DNA of 64,000 nt from Eledone cirrhosa (taxonomy: Eukaryota), in the NCBI GenBank assembly GCA_964016885.1, contig OZ024741.1, positions 276,892,001-276,956,000 on the forward strand. The letters are read 5' to 3'. The notes under the pieces were generated by a model. The model did not search any database. It was not told the DNA's origin and was given only the letters and a program-made list of their open reading frames with translations. The position numbers and the translations under genes are program-made. Positions 1 through 12,849 of the stretch are shown here, piece after piece (the stretch's first letter is position 1; every line of letters begins with the position of its first letter).

Positions 1-56
1 AAATATATATATATATTGACTTTGTATCATTCATGACACCCTTTACTTTGAAAGTA

Positions 57-248
57 ATAATTGTTTCTCCTTTTGGCACAAGGCCAGCAATTCACCAGTG
101 TATTACTGGTACTTTATTTTATCGACCCCGTAAGGATGAAAGGCAAAGTTAACCTCGGCGGGATTTGAACTCAGAATGGCAAGGGCCGTAACTCTGTGCG
201 TCAAAGCATGGCGTCCGACCCTCTACCGATACTGCCAATCCACCACCC
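57..248 (-). mobile_element. tRNA-derived SINE (Meta-domain-like core)
   Basis: Reverse strand reads GGGTGGTGGATTGGCAGTATCGGTAG (A-box-like)...GAGTTCAAATCCC (B-box)...AACTTTGCCTTTCATCCTTACGGGGTCGATAAAATAAAGTACCAG...GAAACAATTATT; near-identical copies occur elsewhere in the window. Confidence 0.85.
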
Positions 249-479
249 TCGAAGTAGTAATAAATATAATAATATATATATATATATATATTTATATCAC
301 CACTTGTGTTTAGCTTTAGTTTTTGCATTGTACTATATTTGTAATATGGGTTCAAAATGTTATTCACTTCCTTAGCAATTTTTACTTGATAATTTTCCTA
401 CGCTTTAATGTATGTATACTCCATATTCTTCTGAGTTTTTGGCTTGTATTGGCCGATAGTGCTTCTTATAGCCTTACCT

Positions 480-517
480 GCCCTGATGAGTCCTTAATAG
501 GACGAAACATTGTTGGC
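480..517 (+). ncRNA. Type I minimal hammerhead ribozyme motif at a Penelope-like 3' end
   Basis: GCC-CUGAUGA-GUCC-uuaaua-GGAC-GAAAC-auu-GUU-GGC: intact core, 4-bp stem II, short stem III, stem I GCC/GGC; about 150 nt upstream of a (TA)n tract. Confidence 0.75.
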
Positions 518-880
518 TAATAAAGACTTTTGATGTATTGAAGGCTTCTTTGGTTTATTTTCATAATTCTTCGGCTCTGTTTAATTACATTGAGCTATAT
601 CTTTACTGTCATTTCTATAATATGAAGAGGGTGTTTAACCCCAACACACTCAAGTATTTTAATTCTTATATATATATATATATTATTTACATACATATAT
701 ACATATAGATATATAGATATACATATACATACATATATACACACACACACACACACACATATGTACATATATATACATACAAACGTATGCACACACACAA
801 ATACACACTCATACACCCCCATATACGTATATATATATATATATATATATATATAGCATTCAATTAAGAATCGATTGACA

Positions 881-933
<53 letters not shown>

Positions 934-936
934 ATA

Positions 937-1020
937 CAGGGTGTCCCAAAAAGTCTATACACACTTCAATAGTATACTAATAAATATAGATATGTGTATA
1001 CATTTTTGGGAGACACCCTG
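937..1020. mobile_element. Tc1/mariner-type MITE
   Basis: TIRs CAGGGTGTCCCAAAAA / TTTTTGGGAGACACCCTG inside a TA microsatellite. Confidence 0.75.
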
Positions 1021-1036
1021 TGTATATATATATATA

Positions 1037-1105
<69 letters not shown>

Positions 1106-1252
1106 GTTTCTACTTTAGGCACAAGGCCAGCATATATATATATATATATATATAATATATAACTTTACTCATGTACTGAGATTTGTATTTCCCATTTATT
1201 CAAACAACCCTATCTATGCATGTTGATATATTATACACACAGACACAAACAA

Positions 1253-1295
<43 letters not shown>

Positions 1296-1455
1296 GGTGC
1301 GCGAGCGCGCGAGCGCACACACACAAACGCACACGCACACACACGAGCGTATGTAATGTATGTATGTATGCATGTATGTGTGTGCATATTTTGTCCATTC
1401 ATTGCTGTGTCTAAGGAACAAGTTTCATGAAAAAGAAAACATCAGGTGATGGGAT

Positions 1456-1526
1456 GTTGATGCTAGCAACAAGTGATGGAATGTCTCACTGGTGTCGCTG
1501 CAGTAGACTGTATCGATGAGATTCAA
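1456..1526 (+). ncRNA. Conserved hairpin family, copy 1 (X type; candidate structured ncRNA/miRNA-like)
   Basis: GTTGATGCTAGCAACAAGTGA-TGGAATGTC-TCACTGGTGTCGCTGCAGTAGAC followed by TCGATGAGATTCAA and a G-rich tract; 11 homologues in the window. Confidence 0.5.
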
Positions 1527-1804
1527 TGATGTTAGGTAGAAGGGTCGGGTGGAGACAGCCTAGTCTCTGTGGGGATTGAGGGGTGGGGCTGATTATTGTT
1601 CGAGTTTAACTATAAATAAGGCAGAAGGCGGAGTACTTGCTGTCTATGCCTACAAATTGCTTGTATTTTAAGATACTGTATTACAGCAGAACCTAGCGAA
1701 ATTGTAAGGGTATACCATTGTTGGAAGGTGATAAATTGACAGAGTCGTTAGAATGTCGGATTAAATGATTTGTGTTATTCGTTCCGGATCACAGCTCTCT
1801 GCTC

Positions 1805-1890
1805 TCTCAGTTCAAATCCCAGCGGGTTCAACTTTGCCTGTCTTCCTTTAGCGGTCGATACAAAAAGTACCAGTCTACTACTGGGGTCGA
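1805..1890 (+). mobile_element. Diverged SINE fragment
   Basis: AGTTCAAATCCC...AACTTTGCCTGTCTTCCTT...GGTCGATACAAAAAGTACCAG resembles the SINE core. Confidence 0.6.
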
Positions 1891-2945
1891 TTCTTCCACT
1901 ATATCTCTTCCTCACTTCCTCTCTTTCACTTTTTATCCTTCTCAGGAAGAAATCTGCTGTGTTCAGACATGGAGAGGGGTGGGATCCACAAGGCTTAAAA
2001 AAAAGCACAAGAAACACTGTATTCCACTATTGCACCTCCATGACTCCATCAAGAGTTACGGGACCTTACCATACGATTGATGAAAGTTTAGAAAGTACAA
2101 GAGAAGCGGCGAAATACCAGAGTCGTTTGGGTGCCGCCATAAGGGCCTCGATATTTCATCAAGTTCACTGCACCCGGAGTTCAAATCTCACTGTGTACGC
2201 CACTGCTTCACCTGCACCTCCATCCACGTGGTCGACTTGTCCACATGTCCGCTTTGCGGGTTTGGATACTCCATTTGGATACTCCGGTCATCCATCATTT
2301 TCGTTCTACTCGTCACTCTTCCCTTCATGTCTCAGTCCTTGCTGTCCCTTTACATCACGGATCACAGGCCTCGCGCACCAGGACTGAACAGAGTCTGATT
2401 TACCGCCTTGGGTCCTGATTCCCTCATGGACTCAACTCCGTTCCCCAATTTCTTTAATAACCCACCCGTTATCACACACGCGCTTGTAAATTCACCCCTA
2501 GTTTCCCATGGCTCTCTTATGGTCAGAAACATATACTCTTACAGCTAATACAGACCAACAAAATACGCACACTCCACATTTCCCTTCACAGCTCTGTATA
2601 CACACACCCTTATATTGACATACTTTTGCTCATAGCTTCGTGCTTACAAGCACACACACATCTTTTACTTACTTATTCACACACATATTCTCTTAGCTTC
2701 GTACGGACGTATAATAACACACACACGCGCACAAGTATAGCTCTATACACCAAACGGTTATTTTTTCATTTCAGGTAGAGGCGCTCCATCATCCACTTTT
2801 CTAAAAATGTGTATCATACACAAAATGCCAGCATCAACAGTTTTCCAAATGATGGCAACATGAATGGACCTGTTATTTTTATCTAAAAACATTTTTTCCA
2901 ATTCCACCTCGCTCGTCCCTTCAATCGTTCTAATTTCTCATTCTT

Positions 2946-2982
2946 TCTTCTGATGAAGGACTAGCGCCCGAAACATTAGGCC
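2946..2982 (+). ncRNA. Hammerhead-like motif at a Penelope-like 3' end
   Basis: CUGAUGA-AGG-acuagcg-CCC-GAAACAUUA; weak stem I; followed ~90 nt later by (TA)n. Confidence 0.55.
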
Positions 2983-3075
2983 CCTCTTCTTGCTATTTCA
3001 AGTGTTTACCTAATATATTACTTCCATATACTGTACCGATTGTGTTGTTATTTCTGTTTACCTTTTACATATATA

Positions 3076-3519
3076 TATAAGTATGTATACGTACATACAT
3101 ATATGTATACAGACGTACAGTAGTATGTATATATATATATATATGTACGTATGGATTCACGGAACATTTATTATAATGCTCGGTGTGTTTGTAAACAAAC
3201 ATCCCGAATTAAGCCGTAGGGAAAGTATATACTTTCAGACGTTCAACCATCTGGCAGAAGGGTATACGTTGCTGACGATAGCTAATAAGCTTGAAACTTG
3301 TACAGCGTTCCTTTGTCAGTATTGAACAAATGAGCAACGATGGTTGCTAGACACTGTACGGCTTAATTCGGGATGTTTGTTTACAAACACACCGAGCATT
3401 ATAATAAATGTTCGGTGAATCCGTACGTACATATATATATGTGTGCATGTATGTATATATATATATACATACTACTGTACGTCTGTATACATATATGTAT
3501 GTACGTATGCATACTTATA
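3076..3519 (+). mobile_element. Mini Penelope-like element: ~140-bp inverted arms around a hammerhead
   Basis: 3076-3218 is the reverse complement of 3356-3519 (few mismatches); the spacer holds the hammerhead at 3266-3308. Confidence 0.6.
3266..3308 (+). ncRNA. Type I hammerhead ribozyme motif
   Basis: ACGUUG-CUGACGA-uAGCUaauaAGCUu-GAAAC-uu-GUA-CAGCGU: intact core, 6-bp stem I, GUA cleavage triplet. Confidence 0.75.
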
Positions 3520-3576
3520 TTTAAGTAACAGCCGTACTAAAAGTGAGAAATGAAATATCGTTTCATTTTTTTCGTT

Positions 3577-3610
<34 letters not shown>

Positions 3611-3723
3611 TATATATATACATATATATAGGCATATATATATATGTACATATTTATATGTATATATATATATATATATACATATATACATATATATGTA
3701 TATATATGTATAATTTATATGTA

Positions 3724-3818
<95 letters not shown>

Positions 3819-3821
<3 letters not shown>

Positions 3822-4008
3822 ACGAAGGAAGTGTGGTAAGGAACCAGGTGGACCATAACGCACCAGAGTACTCGATACTTTGGGTAGTAGAGTGGGTAAT
3901 AGGAGAAGGTTCAGGATCCCGACGGCAGAACTCAATCCGTTTCGACAGCAATCAGAAATAGCCGTCGAAACGGCTTGAGCTCTGCCGTCGGGGTCTTGAA
4001 CCTTTTCC
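3819..4008. mobile_element. Short (TA)n-associated repeat carrying the 3' half of a hammerhead, with fold-back
   Basis: TAACGAAGGAAGTGTGGTAAGGAACCAGGTGGACCATAACGCACC...; homologues at 26156-26362, 33692-33848, 38158-38316, 43359-43420 and 60779-60906. Confidence 0.65.
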
Positions 4009-4029
4009 TATATATATATATGTATATAT

Positions 4030-4880
4030 GTATGTAATATTAAAGATAATATTTATAGTTATGTATATACTATACTATAAACAACTATAAACAGGGAAGG
4101 TCAGTAATGTATTACTACCTTATTACCAGTAAGATAAATAGCTCAATGAAAGAACATCAGTTGTTTTACAGAGCAGTAATATAGATTACACAAGTATCAA
4201 AATTATGTTTAAAACTTTTAATCGCTGACAATTGTTTCTTCCAAACTTAAGCCTAGTGTCCTCGGAGCATTATCAATGTTTGTACATATAATTAACCTTC
4301 TATTCAACTGAAGAATCATACAGATACATATATATTGATGTTGTGGACAACAGTTTCATGTTTACAGGGTGGAATGGATGTGACATATATTATACGAGAA
4401 TTGTACATTAATTCAAATTAAGATTAAAATTAAAATTAAAAATTAAAATTAAAAATTAAAATTAAAAATTAAAATTAAAAATTAAAATTAAAAATTAAAA
4501 TTAAAAATTAAAATTAAAAATTAAAATTAAAATTAAAAGCATAGGGTGGAATACATGCGACAGATAATACAAGAGAATAGTCTAATAATTAAATTAAAGA
4601 GATAGTACATGCGTTAGTCATATATAAAGGAATGGAACAAGCAAATGTATCATGCATATATGAGTACTGTATGGCAAGGTATTACATAAAATACAAGCAC
4701 TTTAAGCGAATATGTTAGTGTATTATGGTGGATGCAATGCGATGATATTTTCTGTATAGTTCAAATTTGTATGTGTGTAGAATATGAAAGTTACAGATTT
4801 CACATCCATTACATATAAGTTATATTTGTATTGAATATTTGTTATAGTAATGGATTGTAACTTGGTGTTATTGTATTCAT
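4030..4880 (-). mobile_element. Penelope-like 3' UTR/terminus remnant
   Basis: 4030-4330 is a diverged reverse complement of 41930-42180 (3' end of the GIY-YIG element); hammerhead-like motif at 4224-4268; AATT-rich tandem array at 4420-4540. Confidence 0.55.
4224..4268 (-). ncRNA. Hammerhead variant (CCGAGGA core)
   Basis: GCU-CCGAGGA-stem II-GAAACAAUUGUC-AGC with palindromic stem III ACAAUUGU. Confidence 0.55.
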
Positions 4881-4889
4881 ATTTATGGA

Positions 4890-6271
<1,382 letters not shown>

Positions 6272-6343
6272 TTTATACATACATACATACATACATACAT
6301 ACATACATACATACATACATACATACATACATACATAGACATA

Positions 6344-9300
6344 CTAGACAGTCAACGCGATCAGTCGCATATTTTGGCGTGGGAGACTATTTATTAAATT
6401 TAAGATAAATACTATCTCCGACAGTAATGCTACAACTACAGTCAGGTTGAATAACTGGTTATTCTTCTAACTATCCCTTCTGAAGACACCTTTTATTCGA
6501 ATTCGTAGAGATATCCGACTAAATACATAATTCATTTTACAAGGATTTGCTACAAACAGCATGGCTGAACACAACATCAATAAAAAATTAAGGAAGTACC
6601 GAAGACAAATAACAAAGAAGGTAATCAAACTTTATTCAGTTGTAGCTACAGAAGAAACCGAAATTATAAATCGCATTTCTCTTGGAGTTGCGAACTTAAT
6701 AATGATTTATTTGTTATAAAATGGCAAAAAACAATCCCTCCATTGGCTATATGAATAGAATGAAGCTACACTGGGACGAAATGCACCCAGAGCTAAATTA
6801 TTTCACAGCGAAACAATTACGCCAACAAGCGACGTTTGTTGAACGTAAAAATAAGATAAATATTATTAATTGTAAGTCCCCAACAACAAACATGTTATCA
6901 ACAACACGTGCTACAGGTCGCCATGCTACTAGACTTCCTAGCGGCCAGGTCGAACAGCGCCTTGAAACAACTATGCCTGTAAGAAACTTGACACCACCTG
7001 TACCATCTAAGTCTACCTCGAATGCTGTGGAAAACACTATCGATAATAATAATAATCGAATAAATGTGACACCACGTATACCATCCGAGTCTACCTCGAC
7101 TGTTGTGGAAAATACTATCGATAATGATAATCAAAAGTATAAAAAATTGAATATTTCCCTCAACGAAATCTTCCAGAGAGAAATTAACTCATGTATAAAT
7201 ATCTCTCTGGCTGAACGTGTTGAAATGACAATGGTGAATAAGAAAACAAATAATGAAATACTACGTGTTATTGACGAAATAGGGGATGAATATTTACGAC
7301 GGATAAAAACCCCAACATTTTGGCAAATCAACGCTTGTTTATATGCAATAGCAACGACGGTGAAGCATTATCTTGGTGATAGCAGAGATATTAACAAGAA
7401 CAAAACACCACCAAAAATACCATCATATATAACTAAAATAGAAAAAAAGATTGCTGACCTATGAAAAAACATAGGATATGTGACAATGCTCCTTACATGC
7501 AAACAAACACAAAAAACCTCACTCCTCACCAACAAAGAGTGAAAAATAAAATAGAGACGATGTTCTTAAGGAAGATACACTTATACCAGAATGGTTGACA
7601 TTGGCACAAACATTACTGTTCCCCAAGAACAAAGACACCCACTTGGCAAAAAACTACCGACCCATTTTCATGCCAGAACCTGATGTATAAGATGTATACA
7701 GCTTGCCTGAACCTATTCCTCCAAGATCACTGAAAATAATAACATCATCACAGATGAACAAGCAGCTGGAAAGAAAGGGGTTTGGGGATGTGCTGAACAA
7801 CTCATAATCAACAAAACTGCGATGTCGGAGGTGCGACAACTTAGGAGGAATATGACTACAGTCTGGCTGGACTACAGGAAAGCTTTCGATTCTGTTCCCC
7901 ACTCTTGGATGATAGAGGCCCTCCAACTTGCTAAAGTCCCAGACATTATTGTCAGAGCCATAGAGAAGCTGTCTTCTTCTTGGGCTACTATTCTAAGGTT
8001 AAAAACAGAGAGGGAGGACTCTATTTTCACTGATAAAATAAAATATTACAGGGGTATATTTCAGGGGGACAGTCTCTCTGTGATATTATTCATCTTGTCA
8101 TTAAACCCCTTGTCATTTCTGCTCAAGAAATGTGAGGGATACATCATTGGCTCACAGGAGGACAGAAATACGAACCTAACCCATAATTTCTTTGTGGACG
8201 ATCTGAAACTCTATGCCAAGAACATGGATGGGATGAAGAAAAATCTTGACCTGGTTACAACGTTGTCAAAGGATATAGGGATGGAGTTTGGCCAAAATAA
8301 ATGCTCATACATGCCTGTAAAGTGGGGAAAAAGAACAACCCAATCTAGCAACATTGTCATCAATGGCCTAACATATTTCACCGATAACTGATGAGGACTG
8401 CTACAGATACCTGGGGATAGATGAGAACATATCCTATAATGGTATCTGTAATAAAGAACGCGTAACCAGGGAATACTACACCCGATTAAGAAAGATCTGG
8501 TCATCGGAACTCTCTGTGCAAAACAAAACATTGGCTCACAATGTGTTTGCTGTGCCTGTCCTAACATCAACGTTTGGAATACTCAATTGGACGATAGACG
8601 AAATCCGAGCAGTTGATGTTGGAACTCAAAAAATACTGAACAACACCGGAAACTTCCACATCAACAGTGACATAGACCGCCTTTCCTTGAAACGTAAGCA
8701 GGGAGGTAGAGGCCTAACATCAGTCCAGACAACATTTGAATGTCGCATCATATCTCTCCGACAACATCTACGAACCTCGAAGCGTAGGAGCCCGTTTCTC
8801 GAGATAGTCTATCTGCATGAAACAGATAAGATCATGAGAGTTGGAAAGGAACTCCTTGAGAGATATTCCCTGTGTGATAATCAAAAACTCACACCCAGGG
8901 AAGTCGCTCAGCAGTATCGCAGTGAATCCATGGATGAAAAACTGCATGCCTATCAGCAAAAAATCATGCATGGATATGTTGCCAGGAAGCTCCAGAGTGA
9001 GAGTAATATAGATAAGGAAAGTAGTCTATCTTGGACCAACAACCGCTATATTGGCTCCCACTTTGAAGGATACGCTTTTGCAATCCAGGAACAGCAGATT
9101 AACACGAAATACCTGATTCACAAAAGAGATAGGGATGCAGGCAAAACACCTAGATGTGATAACAAGTGCAGACTCTGCAGAACTAACATCGAGGATATCA
9201 CCCATGTCATAAGCAGTTGTCCAAAGATGTCATCGCGGTACTATCTACCTATGAGGCATGATGGAGTGGCCAAAACACTGTACAATGCAGTTCGTAAAAA

Positions 9301-9983
9301 AGATAACCCCAATAATAAACACATTAAAAGCTACAACAATGTGGAAGACATCCATGTACATGATAGGAAAGAGTACTGGTGGAATGTTCCAGTAAAAACC
9401 CCAATAAAATGCAGGCATAACAGACTAGATATTATGATATGGGACAGGGAAAAGAAGGCATGCACAGTAGTGGAAATTAGCTGCCCAGCAGATGCCAATA
9501 TAATATCAAAGATTAGTGAAAAGGAGAATATTTATGCATAACTGATGAGAAATCTGCAGATACTCCACCCTGATTACACCTTCAGATTTATGCCTGTGAT
9601 TATTGGGGCACTGGGGTATGTTAGTAACTGCCTCAATACAAATCTTGAGAAGTTGGGCTTCACAGGAGCAGAAAGAACACAACTAGTTAGGAAACTACAA
9701 GTACAATCAATTAATGGAACAGTAAAAATATGTAAAACATTCCAAAAATGTTGCATCTAATAACTGCATATACACATGTACAGATACAAAGCATATACAC
9801 ATGCACACATACAACTCAAAACATCCACATCCACACATACAATAACATCCATATCTACACATGCATGCATACATATTCTACCTAGTTGATATTGTGTAAA
9901 TTCCAATGAGAGAGTCTTGTGTCTATGTTAGAAACCGACTCTCTCTATTGGCAAAAATTTGTGAAATTATAAAACCAGCAGAA
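6344..9983 (+). mobile_element. R4/Dong-like non-LTR retrotransposon (RT + CCHC + restriction-like endonuclease), disrupted
   Basis: WLDYRKAFDSVPH, GIFQGDSLS, FFVDDLKLY, CRLC..EDITHVISSC, RHD, RLDIMIWD..VEISCP; several frameshifts and an internal deletion near 7570; flanked by (CATA)n on both sides. Confidence 0.9.
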
Positions 9984-9996
9984 CATACATACATAT

Positions 9997-10596
9997 ATGG
10001 TGGCTGCCAACTCGTTTTCGAGTAGGGCCACTACTTTATATCCATGTAGGAGAACCCCTACCGATGCGCTGAACGAGTGTGACTTTTTAGTCCAGCCAGC
10101 GACTTGAAAACTCTGGTACAAACACTACACTTGTGACAATTATTGACACATAGTGCTGGGCCCATGGTACCATGTGACGACAAGTGCAGAGAGATCTCCA
10201 GATATAAAGCAATGCTTGTGCTGTGAAGCTTTTATAGTGAGCAAAGGTACTGCACAAAGCCAGTCCCACTCTCTTAACCAAGATGATATTTACCAAAAAG
10301 AAGAACAAGTCAACATCATTGGATATCATCAGGGTTGCAGGTGTTATATCAGAGTTTTCCTTCTCCTAGAATTCTGCCTTGACAAAGACTAAGGGGTCAT
10401 CTCTCCCGGTGATTTTGGATGGCCATTGACTCCTTTGCCCTTTGACAGGTTTTGTTTTTAGTCCTGCAGGATGTCCAAAGTCACCCTCCTCACCAAGAAA
10501 CCTTGGTGGGGTTGCCAGTTTAGTCGCCAACAACCCGACCATGAGACAGGTTGTACTTGGATACATGTTACCAGTAACACCAACTGGTGACCTGAC
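9997..10596 (-). mobile_element. ~600-bp non-coding retro-like element in (CATA)n, full length
   Basis: Ends GTCAGGTCACC... and ...GGCAGCCACC(ATGT)n; near-identical to 19467-20076; polarity inferred from truncated copies. Confidence 0.8.
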
Positions 10597-10845
10597 ACAC
10601 AAATATACAAATATACATACATACATACATACAAACATACATACATACATACATACATACATACGTACATATATACATACATACATACATACATACATAC
10701 ATACATGCATACATACATACATACATAAATACATACATTTCAATACAGCAGCACCATAACCGACAACCCACACCACCACCACCACCACCACCACCATCCT
10801 CTAACTAATCTGACTAATCTACTTCCCCCTCCAGCAACCATCTTT

Positions 10846-10920
10846 CGGATCTCATCGATTCCTGTCTACTACAGCGACACCAGGCGGACATTCCAATACT
10901 TGTTGCTGCGTCGATAGACA
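10846..10920 (-). ncRNA. Conserved hairpin family, copy 2
   Basis: Reverse strand TGTCTATCGACGCAGCAACAAGTATTGGAATGTCCGCCTGGTGTCGCTGTAGTAGACA, then TCGATGAGATCC; outer stem TGTCTAT/GTAGACA. Confidence 0.5.
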
Positions 10921-11537
10921 TCACACACGCACTCACAAACACCAGGCACGCATACGCACACACACATACACACACACACGCATATACACACGCATGCATA
11001 CACACACATACACACATACACATATACGCGCGACGCACACATACAAACATACAAACGCATACACCCACACACATACACACATGAATATACATACACACAC
11101 ATGCAAACACACACATATATTGTTATATTTTTATATTTTTTTACTAGATTCAATCATTAGACTGCGGCCATGCGAAGGCACAGCACTCAAAAGATTTTCT
11201 TCGTTCATCCCACGTATTTAGATTATTTTATTTTATTTCATTTTCGTGTGTTATTTTTATTACTACTGTAACGCTACGCTCTCCTTTGAGTGAGTTAATA
11301 GTTAGTTATAATTAGTTACTAACTATTTCCTTACCAGCATGACTTTCCCTTCCTCTCTTTCTCTCTCTCTCTACAACTTTTACACTTTCACTCTCTTTCC
11401 TCTTTTTTTTAAGGTCTATTTATACCCCCCCCCCCTCCGCCAAAAAAAACTTATGGTGTTACCATTTGCACATCTTGAGTGCAATATATCCTGCTATGTT
11501 ACTAGTCGTAAAGCATTATTAACGTTGATTAACGCCT

Positions 11538-11852
11538 TTGCCATTCTGAGTTCAAATCCCATCGAGGTTAACTTTGCCTTTCATCCTTACGGGGTCGATA
11601 AAATAAAGTACCAGTAATGCACTGGGTATTTGCTGGCCTTGTGCCAAATGTAGAAACAATTATTATTGAATTAGCAGTATCGGTGGGGCGTTAGACACCA
11701 TGCTTTGCAGCATAGAGTTATGGCCCTTTACGTTCTGAGTTCAAATCCTGCCGCGATTAACTTTGCCTGTCATCCTTACGGGGTCGACAAAATAAAACAC
11801 CAGCAATGCACTGAGTAATTGCTGACCTTGTGCCAAAAGTAGAAACAATTAT
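11538..11852 (+). mobile_element. Two tandem tRNA-derived SINE copies (first 5'-truncated)
   Basis: SINE core AACTTTGCCTTTCATCCTTACGGGGTCGA occurs twice; each ends GAAACAATTATT (junction ~11665). Confidence 0.85.
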
Positions 11853-12029
11853 TGTTTAATACTTACTTTGTTATCCTAGTCGGAAGGCATTCTCTAGTTG
11901 CACCATGCCTCTATGTTGTTGTGTTGTCTCACATACATCTTTCACCCTTATGCACGAAATTGCAGCGCTCGGGTTATGTTGATGAGGAAGGAACAGGCTT
12001 TTGTTCGTTCGCCCCTCGTATTTCGTCTT

Positions 12030-12070
<41 letters not shown>

Positions 12071-12379
12071 ACACACACACACACACATTCTCACACACGC
12101 ACACACGTACACACTCTCTCTCTCACACACACAAACGCACACGCACATATATGTGCAAGTATATATGTATAAATATATATATACACATACATATTATCGC
12201 CATCATTATCATCATCATCTTCATAAGGCCTTCTCCTCACTATTCGTGTTATTTAATTTCATTCACTAGCGATTGCCTTAACTGGAATCGCAAATTCTAT
12301 TGAAATGACACAAATGTGAGATCGATCCTGGGAAATCCCCCCAATCATACTTATCATGTAACCTTAAAAATATCCTTCT

Positions 12380-12700
12380 TCCTTACCATCCACCACCACC
12401 ACACCCAGCCAACCCCTGTCTAATCTTCCCTCTCCTTCACCAACTCCTCCTTAAACATCCACCACCACACCTAGTCAGCCCTTGTCTAATCTTCCCTCTC
12501 CTCACCACCTCCTCCTTAACCATCCACCACCAAACCCAGCCAACCCCTGTCTAATCACCCCTCCTTCCCCGCCTCCTCCTTAACCATCCACCACCATACC
12601 CAGCCAACCCCTGTCTAATCTCCCCTCTCCTTCTTCAGCCATCACTCACTACACCCAGCCAACACCAGACATATCTCCCCTTCCGTAACCCATCTATTCT
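12380..12700. repeat. ~60-bp C-rich tandem repeat (about 5 copies)
   Basis: Unit ~CCTTAACCATCCACCACCATACCCAGCCAACCCCTGTCTAATCTCCCCTCTCC. Confidence 0.8.
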
Positions 12701-12737
12701 GATCATCCCTCTACCATATTCTGAGACACACCGACCC

Positions 12738-12805
12738 AATGCATTCTACTGCAGCGACATCAGTAAGACATTCCAATACCTGTTGCTGCATCAACAGGTA
12801 GCACT
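12738..12805 (-). ncRNA. Conserved hairpin family, copy 3
   Basis: Reverse strand AGTGCTACCTGTTGATGCAGCAACAGGTATTGGAATGTCTTACTGATGTCGCTGCAGTAGAATGCATT; inner stem changed from GTG/CAC to GTA/TAC. Confidence 0.5.
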
Positions 12806-12849
12806 TACTGCAGAGATGGAGAGAGGGGAGCTGCTACCACATGTTGCAT

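Noticed and set aside
57-248. tRNA gene
   Set aside because: A/B-box-like motifs belong to a multi-copy SINE head; no complete cloverleaf
1456-1526. Hairpin family as SECIS, IRE, C/D snoRNA or hammerhead
   Set aside because: No aligned UGA/GA quartet with correct AA spacing; CAGTGA is not an apical loop; the C-box-like GTGATGG is not conserved; TCGATGAG has no downstream GAAA
1770-2387. 205-aa ORF
   Set aside because: Runs through a SINE fragment and repeat-derived DNA; no recognisable motifs
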